From IMG/VR virus record IMGVR_UViG_3300020577_006243, positions 1 to 64,000 of that record: DNA of 64,000 nucleotides. The stretch is one strand, 5' to 3'. Every line of letters starts with the position of its first letter. The stretch's first letter is position 1. The notes under the pieces are model-generated. The model made no database searches. It was given only the letters and a program-made list of their open reading frames with translations, and was not told where the DNA came from. Source of the stretch: a virus (taxonomy: Duplodnaviria; Caudoviricetes). Positions 55,653-64,000 of the stretch are shown piece after piece. A program made the translations under genes and the position numbers.

Positions 55653-57493
55653 TAGACAAAATAATAGAAACTCTTTTGCAGAGAGATAAATATAAACATG
55701 ATCCGATTGCGGTTCCGTCACAATATGCTCAAAACAAACAACATATTCATGTTCTGACAAATAAGAAAAATGAAAAGAAATACATAGAGAAGGGATACAA
55801 GCCAAATTTTGACCATAAGATTATGACATCAATGATGGCGGCTTATGAATTTGTTGGTTATTATGTTGCTAATAATATATTGAAAGATTACAAACTTGAA
55901 GGTTTTTCAATACCAAAAGTAAAAGGTTTGACTGTAAACGCAGGTAATTTAAAACTGATAGTTGATAAAGCTCCTGGTAAATCTGTTGCTCAACATCTTG
56001 TAAAAGGTAAAAATTGGGAAGATAGAGAGGAAAGGCATATGGTTGCAGTTGAAAGATATAATGCAGTTGGACTTCCGTTGTTTGATTTACTTGGTCACAT
56101 AGATACTCACGAAGGTAATACCGTTGTTTCTAAATCTGGCAAAATCAATTTTATTGATTTTGAGGGTGCGTTTGGAAGTAGTCATAATATAGATGAAACA
56201 ATTATTACAATGATGGCAAGATCGTATCACTCAGAATATGCTAAAAAATTAGACAAAATATTAATATCAAAATTTTTCAAAAATCTTTTCAAATTAAAAC
56301 ATATAAGTGATGACGTTGTATTTATGTATGTCCAAGAAGCAATAGATGAAATAGATAAATCATTAGTACACGAAAATTTCAATAGACAAAACTTAAAAAT
56401 GAAATTAGAAAATATTTTCTTAAAAGGCAATGAAAGATCAATAATTCACGAAAACATATTGCACATAAAGGAAATGGTTAAGATAGCCGAACAAGCGATT
56501 AAGGATAATAATATTAATCTGGAGGAGGCTATGAAATTTCCATCAGACAAATATACGACTTCAAGACTTGGTGAAGTAAAAAGAGGCTATCAACCAGTAA
56601 ATTCTGAAACAATTAGAAAAGTCTACAACAAGAAAAACAAAAAAATGTATGTTAGAAAAGCATACTCAGACTCTTTCTTTGATGAAAGCGTAGCGGCTGT
56701 TTTTGAATATGCCGCTTACAGAGCAATCAAAGAAGTAAATAGAGAAACTACTTTATCAATGAGGATACCAAGATTTTTCGCTTTAAATTTAAATGATAAA
56801 ACCTCTCGCTTTGAGTTACTTACATCTGTTGACTTTGCCAATGCAAGACCTTTAGTAAATTTAAAAACGAAATTAAAAAAATTAAACGATTTTCTTGATA
56901 ATCAGTTAATACCAGTCACTCCGATTCTTTTACTTCTTGGGCATTTTGATGTTCATGGTGGCAATATAGTTATGAGTAAGACTGGCTACTACATGATAGA
57001 TTTTGAAAGAGCGTTTACAAATACTGTTAAAAAACAAGATAATGTTAGAGAAGATAGTTTCAAATATATGCAAAGAACCTTTCTTGAACCATTACATAAA
57101 TCAATTGTAAATTTCTACAACAAAGATTACAAAACACATTTCAAAAGAGATATCATAATAAAATTTGTTAAGAGTGTTAATTCATTAGATATAAACCACA
57201 CAGCAATTCAAATTTATTCGTCAATTGAAAAAACTGAGAGATACGCTACGACATTAATAAACAAAGCAGAAATTTCTGAAAATAAAAAGGCTTCTTTAAA
57301 GAAAAAACTATCTGACGAAATGGCACAAGTAAAAAATTCCATCAACGATAATTACAAATATTTAGAAAATTATGTTCAAACGATTAAACTCATGCCAAAT
57401 TTTAAACGCATATTGGAAGAAAATAATAAGGTAAAAGAACAATATGAAAAGATTATCAGGACAAGAACTGGAGAAACACCTAAAACACATTAA
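55646..57493 (+). CDS. Tandem HipA/PI3-PI4-kinase-like protein, probable internal head protein
   Basis: GHIDTHEGN...FIDFEGAF and GHFDVHGGN...MIDFERAF catalytic-loop/Mg motifs, joined at NLEEA. Confidence 0.75.
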   Translation: MVIDKIIETLLQRDKYKHDPIAVPSQYAQNKQHIHVLTNKKNEKKYIEKGYKPNFDHKIMTSMMAAYEFVGYYVANNILKDYKLEGFSIPKVKGLTVNAGNLKLIVDKAPGKSVAQHLVKGKNWEDREERHMVAVERYNAVGLPLFDLLGHIDTHEGNTVVSKSGKINFIDFEGAFGSSHNIDETIITMMARSYHSEYAKKLDKILISKFFKNLFKLKHISDDVVFMYVQEAIDEIDKSLVHENFNRQNLKMKLENIFLKGNERSIIHENILHIKEMVKIAEQAIKDNNINLEEAMKFPSDKYTTSRLGEVKRGYQPVNSETIRKVYNKKNKKMYVRKAYSDSFFDESVAAVFEYAAYRAIKEVNRETTLSMRIPRFFALNLNDKTSRFELLTSVDFANARPLVNLKTKLKKLNDFLDNQLIPVTPILLLLGHFDVHGGNIVMSKTGYYMIDFERAFTNTVKKQDNVREDSFKYMQRTFLEPLHKSIVNFYNKDYKTHFKRDIIIKFVKSVNSLDINHTAIQIYSSIEKTERYATTLINKAEISENKKASLKKKLSDEMAQVKNSINDNYKYLENYVQTIKLMPNFKRILEENNKVKEQYEKIIRTRTGETPKTH

Positions 57494-57608
57494 TTCTGTC
57501 GCTTTTACAGACGTAGTAAAAGAAGTTTTTAAAAAGATCATTGAAGGTAAAGAAGAAGAAATTACCTACACTGAAGTACAATTTGTTCTAAGTAAATTAA
57601 AAGAATAA
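57444..57608 (+). CDS. Small hypothetical protein (54 aa, not in ORF track)
   Basis: MKRLSGQELEKHLKHINSVAFTDVVKEVFKKIIEGKEEEITYTEVQFVLSKLKE fills the gap 57493-57622, overlapping the kinase 3' end. Confidence 0.55.
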   Translation: MKRLSGQELEKHLKHINSVAFTDVVKEVFKKIIEGKEEEITYTEVQFVLSKLKE

Positions 57609-57621
57609 CAAAGTTAATGAT

Positions 57622-58344
57622 ATGCTGGATAAAATACAAATACTAATTAAAATCATTGTTGGAATGTTCTCAAGAGATGAGACACCATTAAGTACTGCTT
57701 CAAAAACGGCTTCTGCTTCAATCCCAGAAACGCAATCAAATGTAACACAATTAAATAGTGTAGTTACCATTGATGATGTTAATAAAGCAGAACTTGCAAC
57801 TCCACCAAAACCAAGATTTGTTTTGCCAGCAGAAGGTAGAGTTACATCTGGATTTGGTATGAGAGCCATTCCTGGTGTTCTTGGTGGTAAACTACATTTT
57901 CACAATGGCATTGATTTCACATGCTGGCAAAAATTTGGTGTCCCTATTAAGTGTCCAGAAGATGGAACAGTTATAATGAATAAAAAAGACCCAACGTATC
58001 CAGAAGGTGTTACGTTTGTGGCTATTAAAGGAAAATACAGTGGAGGATATCATTATCTTCTCCACATGGGAAGCAAAGACAATAAAGTATCTCCATTGGT
58101 TGTTGTTGGACAACAAGTGAAAGCAGGAGATGTTTTAGGTTATTCTAATTCAACTGGTCCAACAACAGGTCCACATTCTCATTGGAGTTATTATACTCCT
58201 AAATGGGTTTGTGTGGATGTTGTCAGATGTTGGATGAAAAGATTTGCGCCTGAATTACTGTCGCAAATTTCATACTATGTTGATAAAGGGGAGAAAGAAC
58301 CAGGAAATAAAACTGGCAACTGTTGCGGCGAATGGGGTAATTAA
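57622..58344 (+). CDS. M23 family peptidase (peptidoglycan endopeptidase)
   Basis: RVTSGFG, HFHNGIDF (HxxxD), VGQQVKAGDVLG.S.STG.TTGPHSH (HxH). Confidence 0.9.
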   Translation: MLDKIQILIKIIVGMFSRDETPLSTASKTASASIPETQSNVTQLNSVVTIDDVNKAELATPPKPRFVLPAEGRVTSGFGMRAIPGVLGGKLHFHNGIDFTCWQKFGVPIKCPEDGTVIMNKKDPTYPEGVTFVAIKGKYSGGYHYLLHMGSKDNKVSPLVVVGQQVKAGDVLGYSNSTGPTTGPHSHWSYYTPKWVCVDVVRCWMKRFAPELLSQISYYVDKGEKEPGNKTGNCCGEWGN

Positions 58345-59933
58345 TGGCTGATATAACAACTCCTGAAAGTGCTAACGTAAACAATAATCTTCCTGCTGGT
58401 TTAACACCTGAAGGTGCATATGTAAAATTTAAATATGATGGAGAATTTACTGCTTTAAAATCAGCTACTGCGTCAACAGAAACTCCAGCAAATGGGCTAA
58501 ATTGGTTTTTGCCAACAACTAGTGGGAAAAGAATAGAAATAAAAAGACATTTGTATGAGAGTAATCTTGTGTATTTAAGAGATACACCTGAAAAACCATC
58601 ATATGAAAACATTGATAAGGTAAGCGCACAAATAACAGAAGGAACTGTGACTGATGCTTTTAGTTCAACAGAAAAAATGGCGAGTTCAATTCCACTGGTT
58701 ACTGTAGTAAAATGTGCTCCTAACCAATTAATATATAATTTTAACGAACCTTATAAGTTAAGTGCCCACGTAGTCCCTGGATGTTTATTTAAAACTCTGG
58801 ATAATAGAAAAACCACTACTTCACAAATAATAGCTTTTGAAGGGATAGATACTAAATATACTTATATATTCTATGGTGTTGATTTTTATATTGATGATAA
58901 ACCGCCAGAAGCAATAAAGGATAGTACAGGAGTTTCTGTAACAAATTCAAATACAGTTTGGCAACCGAAAGAAAATTTAGTCATTTCTAAATTTGATACA
59001 TTAATTAGTTCTTCAAATAAATACATAAAAGACACAACAACATTAAAAGTTGGAACAGTCATACTTAAAGTAGTTAAAGATTTTTTTGGTGTCGTTGTCT
59101 TCACTGACAGATTTGAAGCAATAGATCCATTATTAATAACATCTACAATAGGTAAAGAAATACAAATTCAAGAGGCGGGTAGTACAAATAATACTGGTGT
59201 TACTGCTGGGCCAACTGCCATTGGTAGTGGAACTGGTCGTTGTGACTGTGCCTACCCACCAGTAATAAGAAAAACGATGCCAAAGCTAATAGTAAATTAC
59301 ACTAAACCAAACGCTAGATACATTCCTCTTTCAAACATATCGGCTATTAGAGCGGCTTTGCAAGAAGTGAAGGAAAATCCAAATGTTATTGAAGGAATTA
59401 TAAGAAAAGCAACGTCAATAAAAAAAGAGTTTGAAAAATTTGATTTAGTATATAATGCTTTTTGTTGTGTTGGTAAATTTTCAATAGAAACTAATGGTGT
59501 AACTGAAGCGTCAAGTCAAATAGACGCCAGTTATAAAAATATGGAAGACAGTTCTGTAAAATACTCTATTAATTTTGAGGAAAATGATTTGTCGGTTACA
59601 GCAGGTGCACCTTCTATGAAGAAACCTCCATATACAAAAGAAGATGTTAATGAAGGTGACACATCAATGAATGCGCTGGTTAATAAATTCGCTGCTTCTA
59701 TAGCACATAAACAAGCAGAGTTTCAAAATACATACGGAAAAGCAGGTGGTCGTAATGGTGTTATTTATGCGACAATTCCTGTAATGCCTGATTACTATAA
59801 TGGAGAAGGGCAACGTGATCCAACTGTTGTTTATTTTTGGAGCGGTGGTAGCGCAGCATATAAAACACTTGTTCAGAGCTGTTTCCCACCAGGGCAAGGT
59901 AGCAGTTCTTCTGGTTCAAGTAGCTCATTTTAA
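58344..59933 (+). CDS. Probable virion (baseplate/hub-associated) protein
   Basis: 529 aa between two M23 genes, translationally coupled (TAATG); no family recognised. Confidence 0.45.
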   Translation: MADITTPESANVNNNLPAGLTPEGAYVKFKYDGEFTALKSATASTETPANGLNWFLPTTSGKRIEIKRHLYESNLVYLRDTPEKPSYENIDKVSAQITEGTVTDAFSSTEKMASSIPLVTVVKCAPNQLIYNFNEPYKLSAHVVPGCLFKTLDNRKTTTSQIIAFEGIDTKYTYIFYGVDFYIDDKPPEAIKDSTGVSVTNSNTVWQPKENLVISKFDTLISSSNKYIKDTTTLKVGTVILKVVKDFFGVVVFTDRFEAIDPLLITSTIGKEIQIQEAGSTNNTGVTAGPTAIGSGTGRCDCAYPPVIRKTMPKLIVNYTKPNARYIPLSNISAIRAALQEVKENPNVIEGIIRKATSIKKEFEKFDLVYNAFCCVGKFSIETNGVTEASSQIDASYKNMEDSSVKYSINFEENDLSVTAGAPSMKKPPYTKEDVNEGDTSMNALVNKFAASIAHKQAEFQNTYGKAGGRNGVIYATIPVMPDYYNGEGQRDPTVVYFWSGGSAAYKTLVQSCFPPGQGSSSSGSSSSF

Positions 59934-59978
59934 AAACAAAATTATGATTAAATTGTATATTTTTTAAAGATAAGAGTA

Positions 59979-60176
59979 ATGGCTCTTACAAAAAAATATA
60001 CGATTAGTCAGGGATGTAAAATTCTTACATTTAGTAAAATTACACTTCCAGTAATAAATGTTGTTGATAGAACAGTTGCTCCATCTATTGATCCAAACGG
60101 TGTGGATAAAACAAATAGTAAAGATCAGGCGTCGGCACTGCCAACTGGCACGTCGACATCTAAAAAAGAGGGGTAA
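59979..60176 (+). CDS. Small hypothetical protein
   Basis: 65 aa filling the gap in the + strand run. Confidence 0.55.
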   Translation: MALTKKYTISQGCKILTFSKITLPVINVVDRTVAPSIDPNGVDKTNSKDQASALPTGTSTSKKEG

Positions 60177-60184
60177 GAGTAAGT

Positions 60185-60850
60185 ATGCCAGTATTTAAAT
60201 CAAAAGAAGGGTTTCTTAAGTCGTCTACAGTTCCTTATATTACTCCGTTTGACAACACATATCAAGAGGAAGTGATAGGCACCCCTGCCGGTCAGATAAG
60301 TTATGAAAATCCATTTCCTGGAATCGCAGTAGCGGTAACAAGTGCTTTTGGAAAAAGAAAATTACTTGGGGATCAATGGCCAGAAGCATTAAAACAATGT
60401 CATTGGCATTTTGCAGTTGACATAGGTGGCACTGGTTTTAATACATTTAAAGCGCCTGAAAAGGGTAGAGCGAGTATGGTTCTTAATCAGACAATTCCTG
60501 ATGGATGTTGGGGTGCCCCATTGGGAGACGATCATGCTACTCCAATAGTAAAATTGGAGGCGGTGTCTGGTAATACGCATTATTTCGTTCATTGCGATGG
60601 AAGTATTGTAGGTTCTGGTAAAGATGTTGAGGCTGGTCAAAATTGGTGTAAGGGCGCTCCTTGGTATGGTGGACCTCACGTTCATTGGGTGTTTACAAAA
60701 AAAGGAAGTAATACTCCACTTGATGTATTTAAATATTTTATAGATGACCCTCAAGTAAAATCAACAAGCCCAGCTATGAAAGCATTAGCTGATGTATTAC
60801 GCCCATCTTATCAACAAGCGGTAGCGGCATTAAACTGCCCACAGGTATAA
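60185..60850 (+). CDS. Second M23-like peptidase
   Basis: VTSAFGKR, WHFAVDIG, HYFVH, GGPHVHW. Confidence 0.8.
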   Translation: MPVFKSKEGFLKSSTVPYITPFDNTYQEEVIGTPAGQISYENPFPGIAVAVTSAFGKRKLLGDQWPEALKQCHWHFAVDIGGTGFNTFKAPEKGRASMVLNQTIPDGCWGAPLGDDHATPIVKLEAVSGNTHYFVHCDGSIVGSGKDVEAGQNWCKGAPWYGGPHVHWVFTKKGSNTPLDVFKYFIDDPQVKSTSPAMKALADVLRPSYQQAVAALNCPQV

Positions 60851-60854
60851 TATT

Positions 60855-61145
60855 ATGAATGAAGAATTTAAAATAATAGTAGACAATATAAGAAGAGGAA
60901 ATGAGAAATCTCACTTCTATCATAATGACAAGAAGTACAAAGATAAATATGATCTAATGGTAAAAAAATATTTTGTATTGGATACATTTGGAAATCCATT
61001 GAATGAAGTCATTAATGCTTTATATCCTTATTCAAAAGGGGGTTTCGGAGTATATGATGATGATCCAAATATTCAAAAATTTTCAAAGGTTATGCAATTG
61101 GCTTCTAAAAACGAATCTACTAACAACACCACAACAAAGAATTAA
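60855..61145 (+). CDS. Hypothetical protein
   Basis: 96 aa, last of the + strand run, convergent with 61142. Confidence 0.6.
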   Translation: MNEEFKIIVDNIRRGNEKSHFYHNDKKYKDKYDLMVKKYFVLDTFGNPLNEVINALYPYSKGGFGVYDDDPNIQKFSKVMQLASKNESTNNTTTKN

Positions 61146-61597
61146 TCATTTTTATCTATTGAATCTGCCGCTCTTAATAATGCTCTCTTTTCTCTAATGA
61201 GTTTTAATTTGTCTTCTGGATCGTCCAGATTGATCTGCTTTTCACCAGACCCTGAAATGCGTAGTAAAATATCACCTTTATATTTAGCAACTTGAAGTTT
61301 TGCTATTACATCCATTACCTTCGGAATTTTGTCACTGCTATTGACCAGTTCCTTATAAGCCATAGTCATTTGCGAAATAGCGTTGTTTAGTTGTTCTTCT
61401 ATAGCTCCGTCTTCTGTGTTCATTTCATCAAGCTCTGTCTTAGCCTTAATATCTTCGTAATTCTTTTTCGCTATCTCATATAATTCAACACCTCTTCTTC
61501 TATCATCGTTCATCGTTTCTTCTAATTTGATTAGAATGTTAAAGATAGTATGAATTTCATCTATTGTTTTTTGATCTATTTCTGGTTGTTTGGCCAT
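61142..61597 (-). CDS. Hypothetical helical protein (possibly terminase small subunit-like)
   Basis: 151 aa all-helical acidic protein; assignment is only a size/composition guess. Confidence 0.5.
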   Translation of the reverse strand: MAKQPEIDQKTIDEIHTIFNILIKLEETMNDDRRRGVELYEIAKKNYEDIKAKTELDEMNTEDGAIEEQLNNAISQMTMAYKELVNSSDKIPKVMDVIAKLQVAKYKGDILLRISGSGEKQINLDDPEDKLKLIREKRALLRAADSIDKND

Positions 61598-61603
61598 ATG
61601 TAC

Positions 61604-61807
61604 TTATCTTTGGAACAAACGAAAAAACATTCCCAATATTAACAAACATGAGAATGCAGTTTTAACATCTAAGTTAGTCGCTTCTGCTACCAGTCCAGAA
61701 AGGATAAACAATGAAACAACTAAAAATAAATCAATGCCGATACTCTTTACGATATCGGCCATTGTTTCTTTTAATACAGTTAGTTTAAGCTGTCTGTACA
61801 TTCTCAT
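61604..61807 (-). CDS. Small two-TM membrane protein (holin candidate)
   Basis: Two hydrophobic segments, basic C-terminus FRLFQR; near M23 genes. Confidence 0.45.
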   Translation of the reverse strand: MRMYRQLKLTVLKETMADIVKSIGIDLFLVVSLFILSGLVAEATNLDVKTAFSCLLILGMFFRLFQR

Positions 61808-62102
61808 TTAACCATCTTTTGAAATTTACTTTTGGTAAAGCGCCAACAATTTTGTCAATTAATTTTCCATCTTTATATAGATGAATTGCAGGGATAGATG
61901 TAATACCGTATTTATTAGATAGTTCCATATTTTCATCTACGTCTACTTTAAAAAATTTTACGTTATTAATTTCTGTTGATAGTTCCTCAATTACAGGAGC
62001 AACCATTCTACAAGGACCACACCAACTTGCCCAATAATCAACTACACTATACCCATCTTTAATATCATTGTCAAAATTATTTTGATTTGTTTCTTTTACC
62101 AT
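61785..62102 (-). CDS. trxA: Thioredoxin
   Basis: VVDYWASWCGPCRMVAP, KVDVDE, YGITSIPA. Confidence 0.97.
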   Translation of the reverse strand: MVKETNQNNFDNDIKDGYSVVDYWASWCGPCRMVAPVIEELSTEINNVKFFKVDVDENMELSNKYGITSIPAIHLYKDGKLIDKIVGALPKVNFKRWLNENVQTA

Positions 62103-62116
62103 TCCTTCTGTTTCTC

Positions 62117-62509
62117 CTATTTAAAAAGTAGTTTATATTTTTTGTAAACCCCCTTGTCTTTCTTAACAACATACTCATTAAAAAAATAGAAGCCTTTGCC
62201 TTTATCATTACTAACAAGTGTAGGGCTATTTATATGTCCTATTTTTTCTTCCTCTGTTAATTTATCGTAAATAACATACTCCATATTAGTATTTGATGGT
62301 AATCCATTAGTCAATTGAAACCACGCACCATTAAATCTAACTACCATAAAACTATTAATATAAAATGCGTCTCCATCGTTTACGCCAATACCATTCAAAC
62401 ATTCTTCATCTATGTTCCTGAAGTTAAAGCCAGAAGATATAGCGTCTACATATGCTTTAGTGACGGCTTGTCCTCCAGACACTGGTTGCTGTATGTTACT
62501 GATCGTCAT
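62117..62509 (-). CDS. Small protein with fibre-type AVTKAYVD N-terminus
   Basis: QAVTKAYVDAISSG resembles AATKQYVDSVAAG of 10345; AAAGTTAA at 62522-62529. Confidence 0.55.
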   Translation of the reverse strand: MTISNIQQPVSGGQAVTKAYVDAISSGFNFRNIDEECLNGIGVNDGDAFYINSFMVVRFNGAWFQLTNGLPSNTNMEYVIYDKLTEEEKIGHINSPTLVSNDKGKGFYFFNEYVVKKDKGVYKKYKLLFK

Positions 62510-62527
62510 AAGGGTGTTTAATTAACT

Positions 62528-64000
62528 TTAGAAAATGGTCTTTATTTTGCTTGTTTCTTCATCTTTATCTACCCAAACTTCATATAATCCGTCAACACTA
62601 TCCTTAATTGTTTTGTCGTGAGAGATAACATATACCACATCGTCTCTTGCAATGGTAGATAAAATATCTACAATACTATTGCTTTTTTTGTTATCCAAGC
62701 CATCTGTTATCTCATCTACAAAGATAGCTGGGAATTGGCTTTTAGTCATCAGTCTAGCCATTTCAAAGAATGCAAAATTGATGCAATTGTCAATAATTTT
62801 CTTCTGCCCTTTAGATAACATCTTGTAACTTCTTTGTCTCTTTTCAAAACGGATACTTTCATCAAGATTGTCACGAAACATCAATTTAACATTTTCGTCA
62901 GGGAAGAACTTGTTTATATAAATAGCAATGATCTCATTGAACTTTGTAATGATTTTCTGTATACGGAATTTCTTAATGTTGTTGTCAGCTTTGACATCAA
63001 ATGCTTTTTTCCAAAAAGTCCAATACTCAAGGTCTTCTTTTAATTTTTGTTCCTTTGTTGTGTATTCAGGAATTTCTTTTTCTATTTGTGCGAGACGCTT
63101 CTTTGCATCTTTTACAAAGGTATCGTTGGTTAATTCTTCTAATTCATCTTGCAGTCCCTTGATATTTTTGTTATATCTTTCAGTGTCAAAACGGTCTTCC
63201 AGATTTTTAAGCCAAGTCTTATCAAGACCATATCGTGTGTCAACAATATCTAGAGCATTTTTGCCAGCCATATTGTTGAATATTTTGACTAACTTTTCTA
63301 ATTCGTTTGATACTGTCTTATCTTCTTTCTCTAATTTTTTTGTATTGTCTTCAATCTTCTTTAAAAGAAAATTTTCTTTCTCTAAATTCTTTCTCAATTC
63401 AATAAGTTTATCACCAAGAGTTTTAGAAAGTTTTTTGTATTTGTCGCCACTTAATTCAGAGTCACAAACATTACATCTTGAAGTAACTTTCAAACGCTTA
63501 CTATCATACATAATAGTACTTTCTTCTTCTACAAATCGTTGAATATTATTTGAAATGTTTGTCATTTCATTTACATGCTCTCCAAGTTTTTCTTCTAATT
63601 TTTCTTTTTCTTCTTCTTTTTGAGTGATGAGTTTGTAAGTGGCCAGTATCTTTTCTTTATCCTTCTTGTCAATACTATCCCTTTCTTCTTCTAATTCTTT
63701 TATCTCATTTTTAATTTCAGTAATTCTAACCTTTTTATTCTTAAGATAATCGTCAATAGAACTTTGCGTTACTTCCTGTTTAGTTTTTAACTCAATGAGT
63801 TTATTAAGATTTGCCGCTATTTGATTGTTAGTATTTTTGATACCTTCAAGTACTTTCTTCTCATAAGCATCAAGGCCGGACAATCCGAAGATTTCTTCAA
63901 AAATGTCAATTCTCTTTGCTCTCTGAATGTTCAATATGTTGGAGCTTTCATCATTAGTGATAAGGTTTGATATTATGAACAATTTATCTGTCAAACCTAT
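62528..64000 (-). CDS. Recombination endonuclease ATPase subunit, T4 gp46 / SbcC-Rad50-like (5'-truncated)
   Basis: Zinc hook CNVC in coiled coil, signature LSKGQ, Walker B IFVDE, D-loop LD, H-loop ISH; frame open to window end. Confidence 0.92.
   Translation of the reverse strand: MGLTDKLFIISNLITNDESSNILNIQRAKRIDIFEEIFGLSGLDAYEKKVLEGIKNTNNQIAANLNKLIELKTKQEVTQSSIDDYLKNKKVRITEIKNEIKELEEERDSIDKKDKEKILATYKLITQKEEEKEKLEEKLGEHVNEMTNISNNIQRFVEEESTIMYDSKRLKVTSRCNVCDSELSGDKYKKLSKTLGDKLIELRKNLEKENFLLKKIEDNTKKLEKEDKTVSNELEKLVKIFNNMAGKNALDIVDTRYGLDKTWLKNLEDRFDTERYNKNIKGLQDELEELTNDTFVKDAKKRLAQIEKEIPEYTTKEQKLKEDLEYWTFWKKAFDVKADNNIKKFRIQKIITKFNEIIAIYINKFFPDENVKLMFRDNLDESIRFEKRQRSYKMLSKGQKKIIDNCINFAFFEMARLMTKSQFPAIFVDEITDGLDNKKSNSIVDILSTIARDDVVYVISHDKTIKDSVDGLYEVWVDKDEETSKIKTIF

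Noticed and set aside
62928-63542. 204-aa + strand ORF antisense to gp46/SbcC
   Set aside because: Shadow of a Lys/Glu-rich coiled coil (Phe/Leu/Ser-rich product).
1-64000. Stop-codon reassignment (common in some jumbo phages)
   Set aside because: Standard-code ORFs tile the window densely with complete domains; TAG and TGA end genes normally.
1-64000. tRNA or rRNA genes
   Set aside because: Intergenic gaps are short and AT-rich; no cloverleaf with TTCGA/CCA features was found.

Overview
An AT-rich 64 kb segment of a large, probably jumbo-class, myovirus genome (contractile tail; T4-like gp25/gp6/gp26/gp15/gp46/rIIA/late-sigma homologues). 1-35.2 kb is a + strand late block: baseplate wedge genes followed by about 15 fibre/adhesin and fibre-chaperone genes, interrupted by a deaminase cluster, a tandem zincin protein and a GIY-YIG homing endonuclease. 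35.2-37.9 kb is a - strand cluster of membrane, exported and lipoproteins. 38-54 kb is a mixed early/middle region (tail assembly chaperone, sigma factor, Lsa36-like outer-membrane protein, epimerase, GGCT, rIIA, exonuclease, two tetrapeptide-repeat proteins, two RHH + Vsr-like nuclease cassettes). 54-64 kb holds gp15, a tandem kinase, two M23 peptidases, thioredoxin and the truncated gp46/SbcC gene. No tRNA, rRNA, CRISPR array, integrase or reverse transcriptase was seen. Main observations: a recurrent (T/A)AAGTTAA late-promoter-like motif and sigma70 promoters that both predict leaderless mRNAs; two unannotated RHH genes coupled to homing-endonuclease-like genes, one beside a structured non-coding element; a start-less +1 ORF after the tail chaperone suggesting programmed frameshifting; tandem-domain kinase and metalloprotease polyproteins with LxE head-protease sites; strong Ser-Gly enrichment in virion proteins; several hints of a spirochaete (Leptospira-like) host. 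Family assignments are from motif recognition by eye; no database search was run.
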